Shown: positions 12,130 to 25,005 of the stretch, piece after piece
Numbering within the stretch: the stretch's first letter is position 1
Layout: each line of letters opens with the position of its first letter
From: Octopus sinensis
Taxonomy: Eukaryota
Direction: 5' to 3'
Assembly: GCF_006345805.1 (NCBI RefSeq)
Contig: NC_043013.1
Coordinates: forward strand, 17,918,001-17,982,000
DNA: 64,000 bases
Notes under the pieces: model-generated
Seen by the model: the letters and a program-made list of their open reading frames with translations, nothing else
Told to the model about the DNA's origin: nothing
The model's database searches: none
Translations under genes and position numbers: made by a program

Positions 12130-14520
12130 CCTGGAGAGATTGTTGAAATGTTAGAGCAACGCTATTTTGATGTATGTAGTGTACAAGAAGTAAGATGGTG
12201 GGGAGCCTCAGCAAGATTCCTCGTAGGTAAGAGACAGAGACTGAAATTCTCTTGGGTCAGCAAGAATGATGAAATGGGTGGAGTAGGCATACTGTTAGCA
12301 GAAAAGTGGGTAGATAACGAATTAAGGTAGTCAGAATACATGATAAAGTAATTAAGATGAGACTTATAAGCAAATTAAAAGTTACATTTATCTCTGCTTA
12401 TGCTCCTCAGTCTGGGCTGATTGATGAGCAGTAGGACCAATTCTATGAGATCCTTTTGCAGACCACCTCAATGACAAATGACGGAGACTTTGTTATTGTG
12501 GCTGGTGACTTCAATGGACATGTTGGACAGCACGTCCATGGATTCCAGGGAGTGCATGGTGGCTATGGTTTTGGACCTAGAAATGAGGAGGGAACAAGAC
12601 TGCTGGAGTTCTGTGATGCAAATGATCTCATGATCTGCAACACTAACTTCAAAAAACCTGCTGTCCACCTAATCATCAGTCTGCTGAGCACATAAGATAG
12701 ATTGACTACTTTCTTGCCAGGCAACAAGACAGATGGATGCTTAAAAATGCAAAGTCTTTCCCAGGTGAGAAGTGTACAACCTAACATAGGTTACTAGTTA
12801 GTGACTTCAAATTACAGCTAGAAAGACTCAGAGAAATAAACCAATCTGGAAAAGAAGACTATGGAAGCTCAAAGACCCAGCAAACAGAAAAATTTAGAGA
12901 TTTACTAATGGAAGCTTCTGATGAAAGAGAGGAAGAGTTGGGAACATATAGCTTAGAGGACAACTGAAAGTTCCTATGGGACAATCTACTGGGGGCTACA
13001 GATGAAATCTGTGGTTGGTGCAGAGTCCCAGCTAGACCAAGGGTGACATGGTGGTGGAGCAAGGAGGTTGACAGTGCTATAAAAGCAAAATGACAGGCCT
13101 GGAAAGACTGGGAAAATGGTGGAAGCAGAGAATTATATCAGGTAACTAAATGGGCAATTAAGTGTCAGGTATACATAGCAAAAGGAGTAGCTGAAGGTAA
13201 GAGATTTGCAAATGTCCTACAACGTGAGGATCAGAGGTGTGAGGTGTTGAGGATTGCAAAACAGTGTATCAGAGAAAATAGAGATGTGGTAGGTGAGAAA
13301 TGTGTGCGAATGGATAATGGAATGCTTGCGCTTAGTAACTCAGAGAAGAAAGATGCATGAAAGTGTCACTATGAAAGGTTACTAAACGTGGAAAATGGAT
13401 GGGAGAAGGAGAATTTACCAAATATTGAACCAATTGAGGGACCAGCCATCAGAGTTGATAGCAGCATAATAGATAAGGCAATTAAGGACATGAAGTGATT
13501 CCTGGGCCATCAGGAATCACTGCTGAGATGATTAAAATTTCTGGTGACGTAGGATACAGCTTAGTCACCTGTAAAGTTAATCAGGTTATATAGGAAGGCA
13601 TCATCCCCAATGACTGGTGTAGTAGCATTATAGTTAGCTGCTACAAGGGTAAAGGCGATGCCTTAGGTGAAAACAACTACAGAGGTATTAAACTACTAGA
13701 CCAAGTCATGAAAATTACTGAGAGGGTTAAAGCTCAATTGATTAGAAATAGAATTAAACTAGATGAGATTCAGTTTGGTTTTGTATCTGGGAAGAGTACC
13801 ACAGATGCTATATTCCTAGTGAGACAGCTGCAGGAAAAGTACTTGGTCAAAAATAAGCCATTGTACTTAGCCTTCGTCGACCTGGAGAAAGCTTTCACAG
13901 AGTTCCCCGCTCTGTTATAGGGTGGTCTCTAAGGAAGTTAGGAGTAGAGGAGTGGCTTGTTAGAGCTGCCCAAGCCATGTATAGTGGTGCTGTCAACCAT
14001 GAATACAGTGATGAATTTAGCATTCAGGTAGGGGTTCACCAGGGCTCAGTTCTCAAACCACTCAGTCATTATAGTCCTCCAGGCCACAACAGAGGAATTC
14101 AAAACTGGGTGCTTGTGGGAACTGCTATATGCTGAGAACCTGGCTCTTATCACAGAATTTTTAGCACAATAGGAGAAGAAATTCCAGGTATGGAAACAAA
14201 ACCTGGAATCAAAGGGCCTTAAAGTTAACCTAGCTAAGACAAAAGTGGTTGTTAGTAAGAAAGAAGATAAAACTTTCTTCCCATCAGGTAAATGGCCTTG
14301 CTCAATATGTAGCAAAGGAGTTGGAAGAAATTCCATTCGCTGCACCCAGTGTAAACTATGGACTCATAAGAGGTGCAGTGGAATCCCAGGTAGATTAACA
14401 GATAATCTTTGTATGTGACAAATGTGCAGGAACAGAAAAGCACTAAGAGTACACGGGACTTAGATTCTCTCAAATGCCCAGGAGGCTCTCTTGAAGTTGT
14501 AGATAGTTTCTGTTACCTGT
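12130..14520 (+). mobile_element. RTE-clade LINE (APE endonuclease plus RT), degenerate, antisense within the dispanin intron
   Basis: Endonuclease motifs QEVRW, GDFNGHVG and RLLEFCDANDLMICNT. RT motifs QFGFVSGKSTTDAIFLVRQLQEKY and LAFVDLEKAF. Many stops and frameshifts. Confidence 0.92.
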
Positions 14521-14784
14521 CATGATGATGACAGAAACATGCACACACACATCTATTCTACCAAATTTCACTCACAAAGCATTAACGAACAGAAGGTTAT
14601 GGCAGAGAAACTACATGGTTTCAAAACAGCTTCATCACTACATAGACATTCCTGCATTCATTGTTATCAGAAATTTATTTGTAGAGAGAATGTGGTAGAG
14701 ATGAGCAAAGAAAGCAGTGAGGATTGTTTTAGAACCCCTCCCCCACTTCTAGAAGGTGTGAAGTAAATGATTAATATAACTTAC

Positions 14785-15049
14785 CTGACAGCAATATTGC
14801 AAATATACCAAAGAGTGGATTGCAGAAAATGGAGCAGATCGAGAAACCTAAATAGTCAGGTGGCTTCTTAAGAGGGTCTGGTGTTTCTGTCAGAATTGGT
14901 AAGACATAGGAAGAATGTATAGTGTACACTGAGTGGAGGCTGTGCCGACTACCAGTGGTAGCCACGCTCAGTTGAGAAGACCAATTTTTGCGGTCCATCT
15001 CGTATTCACCAGCCTCAATGGCTTTGGATGAACCTTTGTCAGAATACAT
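14785..15049 (-). CDS. CD225/dispanin-family protein, first coding exon
   Basis: ATG at 15049, with upstream in-frame stops and an acceptor at 15093-15094 implying a 5'UTR portion. Reads MYSDKG...DPLKKPPDYLGFSICSIFCNPLFGIFAILLS, then a GTAAGT donor in phase 1. PPDYL.FSI..IFC.P.FGI.AI is CD225-like. Confidence 0.8.
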
Positions 15050-15391
15050 CTCCAGAAGTTCTGTGACTTTTCAGGTGATGTTCAAAGTTTATCTGAAATT
15101 AGAGAGAAATATCTGGGTGAAACTAAGAATGTTTTTATTCTTTCATTTTAAATTACAATTTAACCAACAAAGTGTAATGTGTGGCAGTAGTCATGGCAAG
15201 AGAGGTGGACCCCTAAGTTATAATGTCATAGTGTTGTTTTTGTAGCTCTAGGTCAGCTCTCATGCAACACACCTAGTATCAATGGTATTCCAACCATTAC
15301 AGTTCCATCATTATTTATTTTAGTCTACATGACAAAATGTGCCTTACCATTTTTTTTTTTACTTAAAACAAGAGAGCATGATATGAGAAAG

Positions 15392-15570
15392 GTGAACCTT
15401 AAAGATGTTCACAAGCAGTTAAACCCTAAGTCGTGAGCAAGAGTGAAACCCTTAAATTGTGACCAGAAAGTTAGATCCTAAAATCGTGGATAGGAAGTTA
15501 GACACTAATGCCGAGACCCCGATATAAACCTTAAAATCGTGACTAAATAGGCAGAAGTCAGACCCTAAGG
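15392..15570. repeat. Degenerate minisatellite, about 7 units of 25-34 bp
   Basis: Recurring GT(T/G)A(A/G)ACCCT(A/T)AAATCGTGA-like units. Confidence 0.6.
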
Positions 15571-17491
15571 TCTTAATTTCAACGGAAAATTTACGAAAAT
15601 AAAACCCCCAAAACTATAGTATTTACAAACATGGCCCATCCCACTAGTCAGGTTTTAGTATAAAATCCTTCCTTCTCAAATTTAAATTCTGTTTTGGAGC
15701 CAAATGTGGTCACTGGAACACACAGAAATAATCTAATCCCTCTGAAATTGCCCCTCACAACCAGAAACCAAACAAGTATTTTAAAAAGAAATAACACATT
15801 GGGCAACCCTAAATATATTCTAGAAAACCCTTTACGTGTTAGGCATAGCAGCCAAATTTAAATCATACCACCCATTAGTCCTTAATCCTCCCACCAAAAT
15901 AATAATAATGCTTCAAACTATAGTAAACCGTTTACCCACACATTCCATCTCAATAGTTTCAAAGTCAAGGTCCATTTTCACTAATATCAAACTAGAAATA
16001 AGGAAACAATTTATAATGTAAACAAAAGCAACCAAACGACTCAAAGATTATAATTAAATATTTAATTTAAAACGAGCGCTTTAAGCTTCATTTACTTTCT
16101 TATACAAGACGTAATTTAATTAACAACTGCATTTCTTCGAAGGTAATTACTTGGTTTCAAAATTCAAGATAAACTGGATTGTGTTAGAGGATCGTATTAC
16201 ACACACTGTGTTTCAAATGTCACCATTTTCTTCATGGGTATATATATTTAAAATTAATTAAAAAAACAACATTATATTCTATAGCCATTTAATGACTGGT
16301 CGCCTTAGTCTTGGGAATAAATAGTCTCACTTATTCTTCTTTAATATATAATCTCATATATTCTTTAATTGTTAAGTAAAAGGAAGCAGATATCATCTAA
16401 ACAACAACAATATTGTGTGTACTGGTAAACAATTCTGAAGTATATATAAATAGAGGGAAGTGCAGCTCAGAATCAAACGTTTTTGTCTGAGTTTAAAAGT
16501 TCTTAATTAAGGTTTGAGAGACGATACGTTAACCAAGAGCTAATGAAAAAGCAACAAGTTGGCCTGGAGAGCAGACGCATTTTAAAATTCATGTTTTTTC
16601 AAACACCATTGGCGGAAATAGCAATAAAAATTTTTATGACAATAATTTCTCAGATAGGCACAAAACCTGAGCAATTCTAGTACTCGAGTAGGATTATATC
16701 ACGTCAACCACAAAAAGATGAAATGGCTCAGTCGACTTCTAAAAGAAACATAAATAACTTGAGGAATACATTTTATACGATGCTCTTCTAATTCTACAAA
16801 TTCCCTGCAATAATTATTTTCCACAATGGAGAAAGAGTAAGGCTAAATTAGGTTAAATATATTACTGGTACTCAGGTGCACCTTCAGTAACCCATGGTTA
16901 TTTCTAAAAGCTAACCATTTTTTTATCGTTTTGCTTAGAAGACATGAAGAATTATAAATTGTATTTCTTTAATAAGGAAATAAAAAGAAGATCAAACAAG
17001 AAATAGGTAACTGTGTACATAACTAATATTGTCCTTTTTTTTATTTCTGTATTTGTTAAACGGGTATCAGTTAAATTTGTAGGTGTTTGACCTGACAAAT
17101 ACAAGGTACCCCCCACCTCACCTAAAAATCCAGCCCAACTCCATTCTTTACTAATGAGAAAACGAAATAGTTTGCATATATATATAACCTTTCTTTAGCA
17201 TAGTTTAAAAAGTCAAAAACTATATCAATTTTTCATAAGAATAACAATTCGTCTTTTCACCCCATCTTTTTACAATTCTTGCAGATCCCCTGCAAATATG
17301 AGAAACACACGCTTTCTCAATAAAAATAACATTAGTAACAGGTGGGATGTATTAAGGAAATCGGAAGTGCGTGAAACTTATACTGAGCACAAATTTTTAC
17401 AATAAATTTGACGATTTGTTTCACACTATTGAGTCACTCCTTTAGTAAATGTTAGATTATTATTCTTAAACCTGCTTAAATTTAAACCCCA

Positions 17492-17496
<5 letters not shown>

Positions 17497-17557
<61 letters not shown>

Positions 17558-17559
17558 TA

Positions 17560-17605
<46 letters not shown>
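17497..17605. repeat. (AT)n microsatellite cluster; similar tracts at about 9840, 11200-11355, 19910, 20150, 47055, 55165 (TTA)n and 61420
   Basis: Direct reading of the sequence. Confidence 0.95.
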
Positions 17606-17608
<3 letters not shown>

Positions 17609-17780
17609 GAGGGGGGGATAAAAGAAATGTTTGGGTTGAAAATTTAAAAGTTAACGAGTAATTGTAAGTTTTAACTATTTTATTTAAAACGGAATGTCCA
17701 AATTCAAGTCATAGAAATTGAAATATATAAAAAAAATATAGTTATATGAACGATGTATACTATTTAAATTTAAGATATAG

Positions 17781-17830
<50 letters not shown>

Positions 17831-18104
17831 TCATATTTGTTACATTAAACACATGTTGAGTAAACATTAGTAGGACTATATTAAATTATATGATTCCTTA
17901 CCTTGCGGGGGGAAATAATTAGATCAAAAGTTAAGTTTAATCAATTAATGAGAGGTTCAACTAAACATTCCAATCGTTCAAGTACACACCTGGGCGCATG
18001 CGTACAAGCCACAGGTGTGGTCTTAACTGTTTTTATTATCTGTCATCAAAGGTAGACAGGAATAAGATAACAAGTCAAGCCAGGGAAGTAGCCTCTTATG
18101 CTGT

Positions 18105-18278
18105 CAATCGATCTATTAGAAATAGCAGCCAAATTTCCTTTACGTAGCATTCAACTATATTAAAAAGGGAAGGCTGAAACATGGGCCTAGATACACTGTC
18201 TTTGAATAATTGGCGAAATGATCAGTGTTGGAATGATTTTGATCATACACTCAATACTAACCTGGATTAAACAAAACA
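18105..18278 (+). mobile_element. Abundant short interspersed repeat (family D, CAA-rich tail); many decayed copies, e.g. about 7465-7620, 33590-33995, 34690-35060, 37850-38010
   Basis: Copies share AGAAATAGCAGCCAAAT...CCTAGATACACT...TTTGATCATA...TAAACAA. Confidence 0.6.
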
Positions 18279-18589
18279 ATCTGGCAGATTGCATGACTAA
18301 GAGTGGCACTCGAGTTTTGACCACAAAACTTAAACAAGGTCACCTCTCGCTCAAAGTAATAGGTTTGTTATATTATTAAGCAAATAGAAAGCAGCCCAAT
18401 TAGTAACAGAAATAATGTTATTACTTTTTCTTCAGAAATTATTATAATCATTGTTAATGGACAGTTTTAGTATCATGACTTAATTTTAACGGAATTGTCG
18501 ACCTTGTGTGTGTGTGTGTGTTCGTTTGTTTTAGGTTCGTTTTCCCATGCTGTTATGGGTTAGTTGATACTTCGAGACATTGTATCTCT

Positions 18590-18815
18590 GGTACTAATTA
18601 AGAAGAGAGGGCCCGGTGCGCGTACTCCTGAATCCGCGTTAGCTAGTCGTGACTAGTCGATCCTACAATTACTACCTAGCAAAGTAAATAAAACACAAAG
18701 TAAATAATTTTTTTAAACAAAGTAAATAAAACACAAAGTAAGGATAGACTAGTCAAGACTAGCTAGCGCGGATGCGCGAGTGCGCGCACCGAGACCACTC
18801 TTCTTAAGTAGTACC
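18590..18815. mobile_element. MITE with about 70-bp TIRs and an 8-bp TSD, probably Merlin superfamily
   Basis: Termini GGTACTAATTAAGAAGAG and CTCTTCTTAAGTAGTACC. A perfect GTATCTCT duplication lies at 18582-18589 and 18816-18823. Internal AAAGTAAATAAAACAC repeats are present. Confidence 0.85.
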
Positions 18816-19909
18816 GTATCTCTTCCCTTGTTTCAAGTCAGAGATCACTTATTCAACATGGTATCGAAGATACTCGGTGCTCAGCAGTAGCGGTTCGTAT
18901 ATATAGGCACTGCAGAACTGCAGCACCCCCTATTTCCACTCGATATTATCGACGACATTCAATACAATGAGTTTTTTTTTCCTTTAATTCTTTCTTTATA
19001 CATGTATGTTATATAATCCTTAAGCTTAATGTCAGTAGCTATACCCTACTTTATGAAAAAATACAAAAATCCTTGTATAAAACTGTACGCTTCACAGTTT
19101 CAGCAATGCGGTGTTTGGCTGTTGTGTGCATGCTCACATGTCCGAGATAGGAGGCTTCATGCTAGGGAGAGACAGCACTGTCGGTGAAAGGTAGTGTTTC
19201 TTTTTGACTCCACGTGTGTTATGCTTAAAAACGTGTTTATATTCTTGAATGTGATAAAGTGTAAGATTAGATTATTATCCTGCTCCCAGCTTCAGTATTG
19301 CTGCCAGGATTTGAAAATTAGGGCAGATTTTCCCCCCTTATTTTGTGATTTAGGGAGAATTTTTGAAAAACAAGGGGGAATTCGCAGCAGTGTTCAGTGA
19401 ACAAATTAAACACACAGCCTGGCAGTGGCTAAAACATGAGCCGATCGAGTTTATGTATAAATATTCTTTTTATATGTTTGTTTCCTTTTACACAATATTA
19501 ATACGATGGCTAAAGAATTTTCTGAAGCAACCCCCCCCCCCCCACTAATTTATTCTATGAGCTGCCATTGGTGCTCAGACTTTGTTGAGAGGAGAAACTA
19601 TGAACAATACAGACCACCTCAATTTCGTACAAGTGGTTGCAGATGGAGCCTTGTGAACGGATTTGGAAGACAGAAACTGAATGAAGCCCGTTGTATGCAT
19701 GATAGTTATAAATGAGTGTCACTGTCTTGAAAGCAACATCCCTCATCTCCAATCTTCCATGAAAACATGTCTGGTCATGGGAAATATCACCAGGCAAACA
19801 GCTGAATGTTGGTGACAGGAATGGTATAATGGTCATAGAAAATCTGCCTCAACAAATTCCATCCACCCTATGTGAACAAAGAAAAATGGATGTTAAGACA
19901 ATGATGATG

Positions 19910-19951
<42 letters not shown>

Positions 19952-20143
19952 ATTTATATATTCGCCATGCTGGACCACTGAAATCTACAAGTTTTTTCTC
20001 TCTGTTTATTTTCTCTTATTCCTTTCTGTTGAAGAGCATAGGCTCAAAACATAAAAAACTTTTTCATTTTCCTGAGTGTCAAACTAATACACTTGCTTGT
20101 TGTTCATACATCTGTCTTCATCTTTGTTTTTCTATAAATTTCA

Positions 20144-20186
<43 letters not shown>

Positions 20187-22989
20187 TCTTTCAGTTTCTA
20201 TTTACCAAATCTACTCCACAAGGTTTTGCTCAGCGCAAGACTACTAAAAGACTCTCATGGTGCTGTGTAGTGGGATTGAACCCAAAACCATGTGGTTGGG
20301 AAGTGAACTTTTCAAACATATAGCCATGCCTTTGTATATCATCATCGCCATCATTTAGCATCTGTTTCCAATGCTGCTTCAAATTGGACAGTCTCTGAGG
20401 ATCTGACAAGTTCCAGTATCTGTAGTTAATGCCCTTCTTAATGCCGGCACTTTTGTATTGAGTGTATTTCATACACGGGCAGCATAAATCAGAACAATCA
20501 TCATTGTTTTAATGTCCAGTTCTCCAAGCTTGCATGTGTCAGATGATGTTTATTAAGGCAAATTTTTCTACAGCTTGATGCCTTTCCTATCATCAACCCT
20601 CACCTGTTTCCAAGTAAGATAAAATTTCCCCATTGCCAGGCATGTTTTCACTGAACACTAGAAATGCAAAACAGTTTTATGGCAGTAACACTCATTTACA
20701 AGTATTATTTGATGTCAAAACAAGGACACACAAACACAAACACACACACACACACTATGGGGTCCTTTTATTTTCTGTCATTGAAACATGCTCACATGGT
20801 TTTAACTTCCGTGACTTCTGTAGAAGACATTTACCCAAAGCAGCCAAACTCAACCCGAAATCATGTGTTTGGGAAGTAAATCTCTTAAACGTACAACCAT
20901 GCTTGTATCTAGGTCTTGTAAATTTCTCAATGTTCAAATCAGATCAAGTCTTCTGAGAAATGCATAATGAAAAACAGAGCAAAAATAAATTTGGTAAATA
21001 TTCTGTTTTTTGGCACCAATGTGTTATACTTTTCAGATGTTCAAAGAAAGATCTGTATGATCTATATGTTGGTCAGTTTGTAAAGAAACCATATATATAT
21101 CACCGTGATTGACCAGGCTATCAGATGTTGCTACACATTGCTGGTCACAATGCACTTCACACTGTTTTAGCCTTCAAATGACGCCACCCCCCCTGGCTCA
21201 GCAAGCAGGCCAACATATATATATATATATATATATATAGCATTAAGAAGGACATCCAGCTGTAGAAAGCATGCCAAGACATATAATGGAACCTAGTGTG
21301 ATTCCTGGCCTTGTTAGCTCCTGACAAACCATCCAACCCATGGCAGCATGGAAAACAGACATTAAATAATAATGATGATGATGCTGATGATATAACATTT
21401 GCACCAGTTCACTCTGTTAGAGGCACAGGCATGGCTGTGTGGTTGAAGAGTTTCATTCCCAACCATGTGTTTTCAGGTTCACTCCCACTTTGAAGCATAT
21501 TGTGCAATGGTCTTCCGTTATAGCTCTGGGCCAACCAAAGCTTTGTGAGTGGAATTGAGAGATGGAAACTATAACAGAAATATGTTTGTGTGTGTTTCTA
21601 TCTCACTGACATTTCCTGGTAGTTGTAAACAAACATTGTTACACAAGCAATGTTTATTTCCAATCTTCTGTGAAAACATGTCTGGTCATTGTGCTGTTCC
21701 TGTTCAAAGGATTAGGAGAATATTACTTTGCATAGAAAAAGTGGAGGAATGGCAACATAAAGTGCATCTGGCGGTAGAAAATCTGCCTCAATGTGTTTGA
21801 CCCATTGGCTTGCATCACTTTAACCCACTTCATTTAATCACCCACCCAGTCTCCCATTAACAAGTAGCTGCCTACCACTGTCTCTCTTCCATTACTATCT
21901 CCCCTACTACCCTATTTGCTTTGTCAACATACCCATATTCCTCCTTTAGTTCACCCTCACAGTTGCATTTGCACTGAAGGAACAGGGAAACCTGGAGAAG
22001 AGAAAACTTTTGTCTTACAAGGACTAAACAACCTCTCAAGTGCTAGTGTCATGGTAAAAGGTAGTCCTGTACACCTTGTAAAGTTTTTGGTGAATGAAAG
22101 GGAGGATATTTTAATTTTGCTAAGGACACGACAAGTTCTTTAGTGCTGGTGTCATGGTAAAATGTAGCCTGAATACTCTGCAATATGGTTGTGGTCAGGA
22201 AGGGCACCCAGCCATAGAAACCACGTCAAATGAAACGTACAAGTGAGGCATGGTCCCCAAACTATGAGGATAGTACCTCCAAATAGGAGCTGACAACTCA
22301 CCCAAGCCATGCCAGCATGCAAAGTGGATGTAAAAGGATGATGATGTGCAATCTGACATGGAAAAAAATCGAATCCTTAATCTATTATTTCACATTTAGC
22401 ACTTGTTTTTTAACAGAAGGGTTGGTTGGGTACCATTGTTGGCCTTAATCTGGTTCTCAGGTGCTCATAAGAAATCTTATGAGGAAGAATCATCTGAGCC
22501 TATAATCACCTTTAAGTATTATTTTTGTAATACGCGCAGGCATAGCTATGTGGTTCAAAATTTTACTTTCCAACCACAGTTTCAAAATCAGTCTCACTGC
22601 ATGACACTTTGCATATATGGGTGTCTTTACTGTCTTTGACACTGCTTGAGCAGCAGTGACATTTGTTTATCTTCCACTGTTTGGCAGTTTGACATGTGAA
22701 TTCTTGAGATGAAATAGATATAATTTTAGTGGCTAGGAGTACTATAATAGAATAGGGAGGTAAACTTTGGACCCAGTCAGACAGGAAAGATTCAATTGAT
22801 ATAAAAACGGGGTCTTGCAACTCAGTACAAGTAACAGATATAGTAAGAATATACTTATATTGCAAATTAATTCTTGGTTCCTGAACTCAGTGGGTGGGTG
22901 GGGTTTATATAGTGACGACATTATTTACAGTACAAAAAAGTAGTAATGTAGAAATAGAAAGATGTAAGACAGAACTTTTTAAGAATTTT

Positions 22990-23720
22990 GGATAAGAAAT
23001 AGAAACAGGAAAAAAATCAGAGTTGTAAAATTCCTGGACATAAAGCTTAGCCTCAACGATGGAAAGTTCAAACTGTTCCATAAGCCAAACAAAAACTTAA
23101 AATATGTGAACCACAGATCTAACCATCCAGAACATATACTATGAAGCTTCCTGAGAAGCATGTATAATAGAATATCCAGGCTATCCGTGGACAAATGGAT
23201 ATTCAACATGCATGCTGAATATCACATCGCAGCACTAGCTAGGGCAGGACATAAGGATAGAATAGTATATGTACAGAATAGGACAGAGAAGGCTTAATAC
23301 CCAGGGAGTGTTATTAATATTAGAGATAATCCTGTAAATAACCACAGAATACCAGAACCTAGAAAAACAGTAAATATAATAGGGACCAAAATGGAACCAC
23401 AACATTAAGAAGGATATAAAACAGAACTCATGAAGTAGCAGACAAGGGTAGAAAGAAAGGGACCAGAAAGAAATAGTAAAAAGACAGTAGAAAGAGATAA
23501 AATTACAGTAGCAAACCCAATAGATATATTAAAAGAAATGGGAACATAAGTGATAAAATTATTTGGTTTAACCCAGTTTTCAATTCTCAAATAGAACCCA
23601 AAATAGGTCAGGAATTCTTCTCAGAGTTAGATAGGCGCTCCCCCAAATCTTCCAAATATCACAAAATCAGGCATAATGTAAAATTAGTATATGTGATCTC
23701 TCACAATCTAGAATACTATC
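22990..23720 (+). mobile_element. Penelope-like element fragment (RT C-terminal region)
   Basis: Translation VVKFLDIKLSLNDGKFKLFHKPNKNLKYVNHRSNHP, with stops downstream. Confidence 0.75.
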
Positions 23721-23728
23721 TTCTTTAT

Positions 23729-24113
23729 CTTTTACTTGTTTCAGTCATTTGACTGCGGCCATGCTGGAGCACCACCTTTAGTCGAGCAAATCGACCCCAG
23801 GACTTATTCTTTGTAAGCCCAGTACTTATTCTATCAGTCTCTTTTTTGCCGAACCACTAAGTGACGGGGACATAAACACACCAGCATTGGTTGTCAAGCA
23901 ATGCTAGGGGGACAAACACAGACACACAAACACACACGCATACATATATACGACAGGCTTCTTTCAGTTTCCGTCTACCAAATCCACTCACAAGGCATTG
24001 GTCGGCCTGGGGCTATAGCAGAAGACACTTGCCCAAGATGCCACGCAGTGGGACTGAACCCGGAACCATGTGGTTGGTTAGCAAGCTACTTACCACACAG
24101 CCACTCCTGTGCC
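23729..24113 (-). mobile_element. CORE-type SINE family A, full-length; others on the minus strand at 48468-48849 and about 57335-57725
   Basis: Reverse complement of the 3342-3714 element. Confidence 0.88.
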
Positions 24114-24369
24114 TATATACACAAACTAAATAACATAAAACTCAGTAGGGGGGGGGGCTATGGAAAAACCACAGCTCATAACATAATAAACAGTGATGGA
24201 ATGGTTGCAAATAGGAATAAAAGCTCATCAACAACAAAAACAGGTCCTAACAATGCCATACGCTGCCTGTCAAATTATTAGGCAGTTCAGTTTTTTTGCA
24301 ATAACAGAATATTTATTCATTCGAATCTAGATATTTTCCCACTACATAATAACACCCATCTACATGTAC

Positions 24370-25000
24370 TGTACCAAAATAAATCTGATTCACAAATACA
24401 TAAAGAAACAATGGCCATTTTTGTTAATAGGCATAATTTTTACCGTCCTAAATTTTTAGGTAGGTCTAATAAAAATGCTAATTATGCAAAAACAAACATT
24501 TATTTAATGCGACAATTAATTTTTTTTTAACAACAAATATAATCATAACTGACTTTATAATGAACATAATGATATGTTTGAATGGAAATAATAGAAGAAA
24601 TATGATGTCATAAAGTTCTTAATGATGGATGTATGATCCTCCACATGTGAGAATGTCCCTGACACGTTTATCCATTGAATTTGTCAAGGTAACTACTTCA
24701 TCTGGTGTGATACTGTCAGCAGCATCTGCAATAGCTTCCCGAGAGCTGCCGTCCATCTTGATATATCTTCCTCTTCAGAACACCCCTTAGATTTTCAACC
24801 AGGTTTAAGTTGGGTGAACACGCTGGCCACTTCATCAAACGGTGCCCAGGGAAGCCTAATTGCTGTAGGTATCCCAGAGATGTCATAGCTGCGTGGGAAG
24901 GTGCATTATCTTGCAGGAATACCAGTGTTCTCTTTAATGAAACTTTCTGCTACTTCAACCATGGCTTAAAATTGTCCTCCAAAAAGGCATCATAGGCATT
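24370..25000 (-). mobile_element. Tc1-like transposase C-terminal fragment with DD37E spacing (TRT-like)
   Basis: Reads LVFLQDNAPSHAAMTSLGYLQQLGFPGHRLMKWPACSPNLNLVENL, with 37 residues between D and E, then ...ITPDEVVTLTNSMDKRVRDILTCGGSYIHH*. Confidence 0.8.
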
Positions 25001-25005
25001 AGATG

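Noticed and set aside
23891-24281. Recurrent ORFs such as LQLDALPNANHS or EDTCPRCHAVGLNPEP at many loci
   Set aside because: They are translations of SINE copies, not a gene family.
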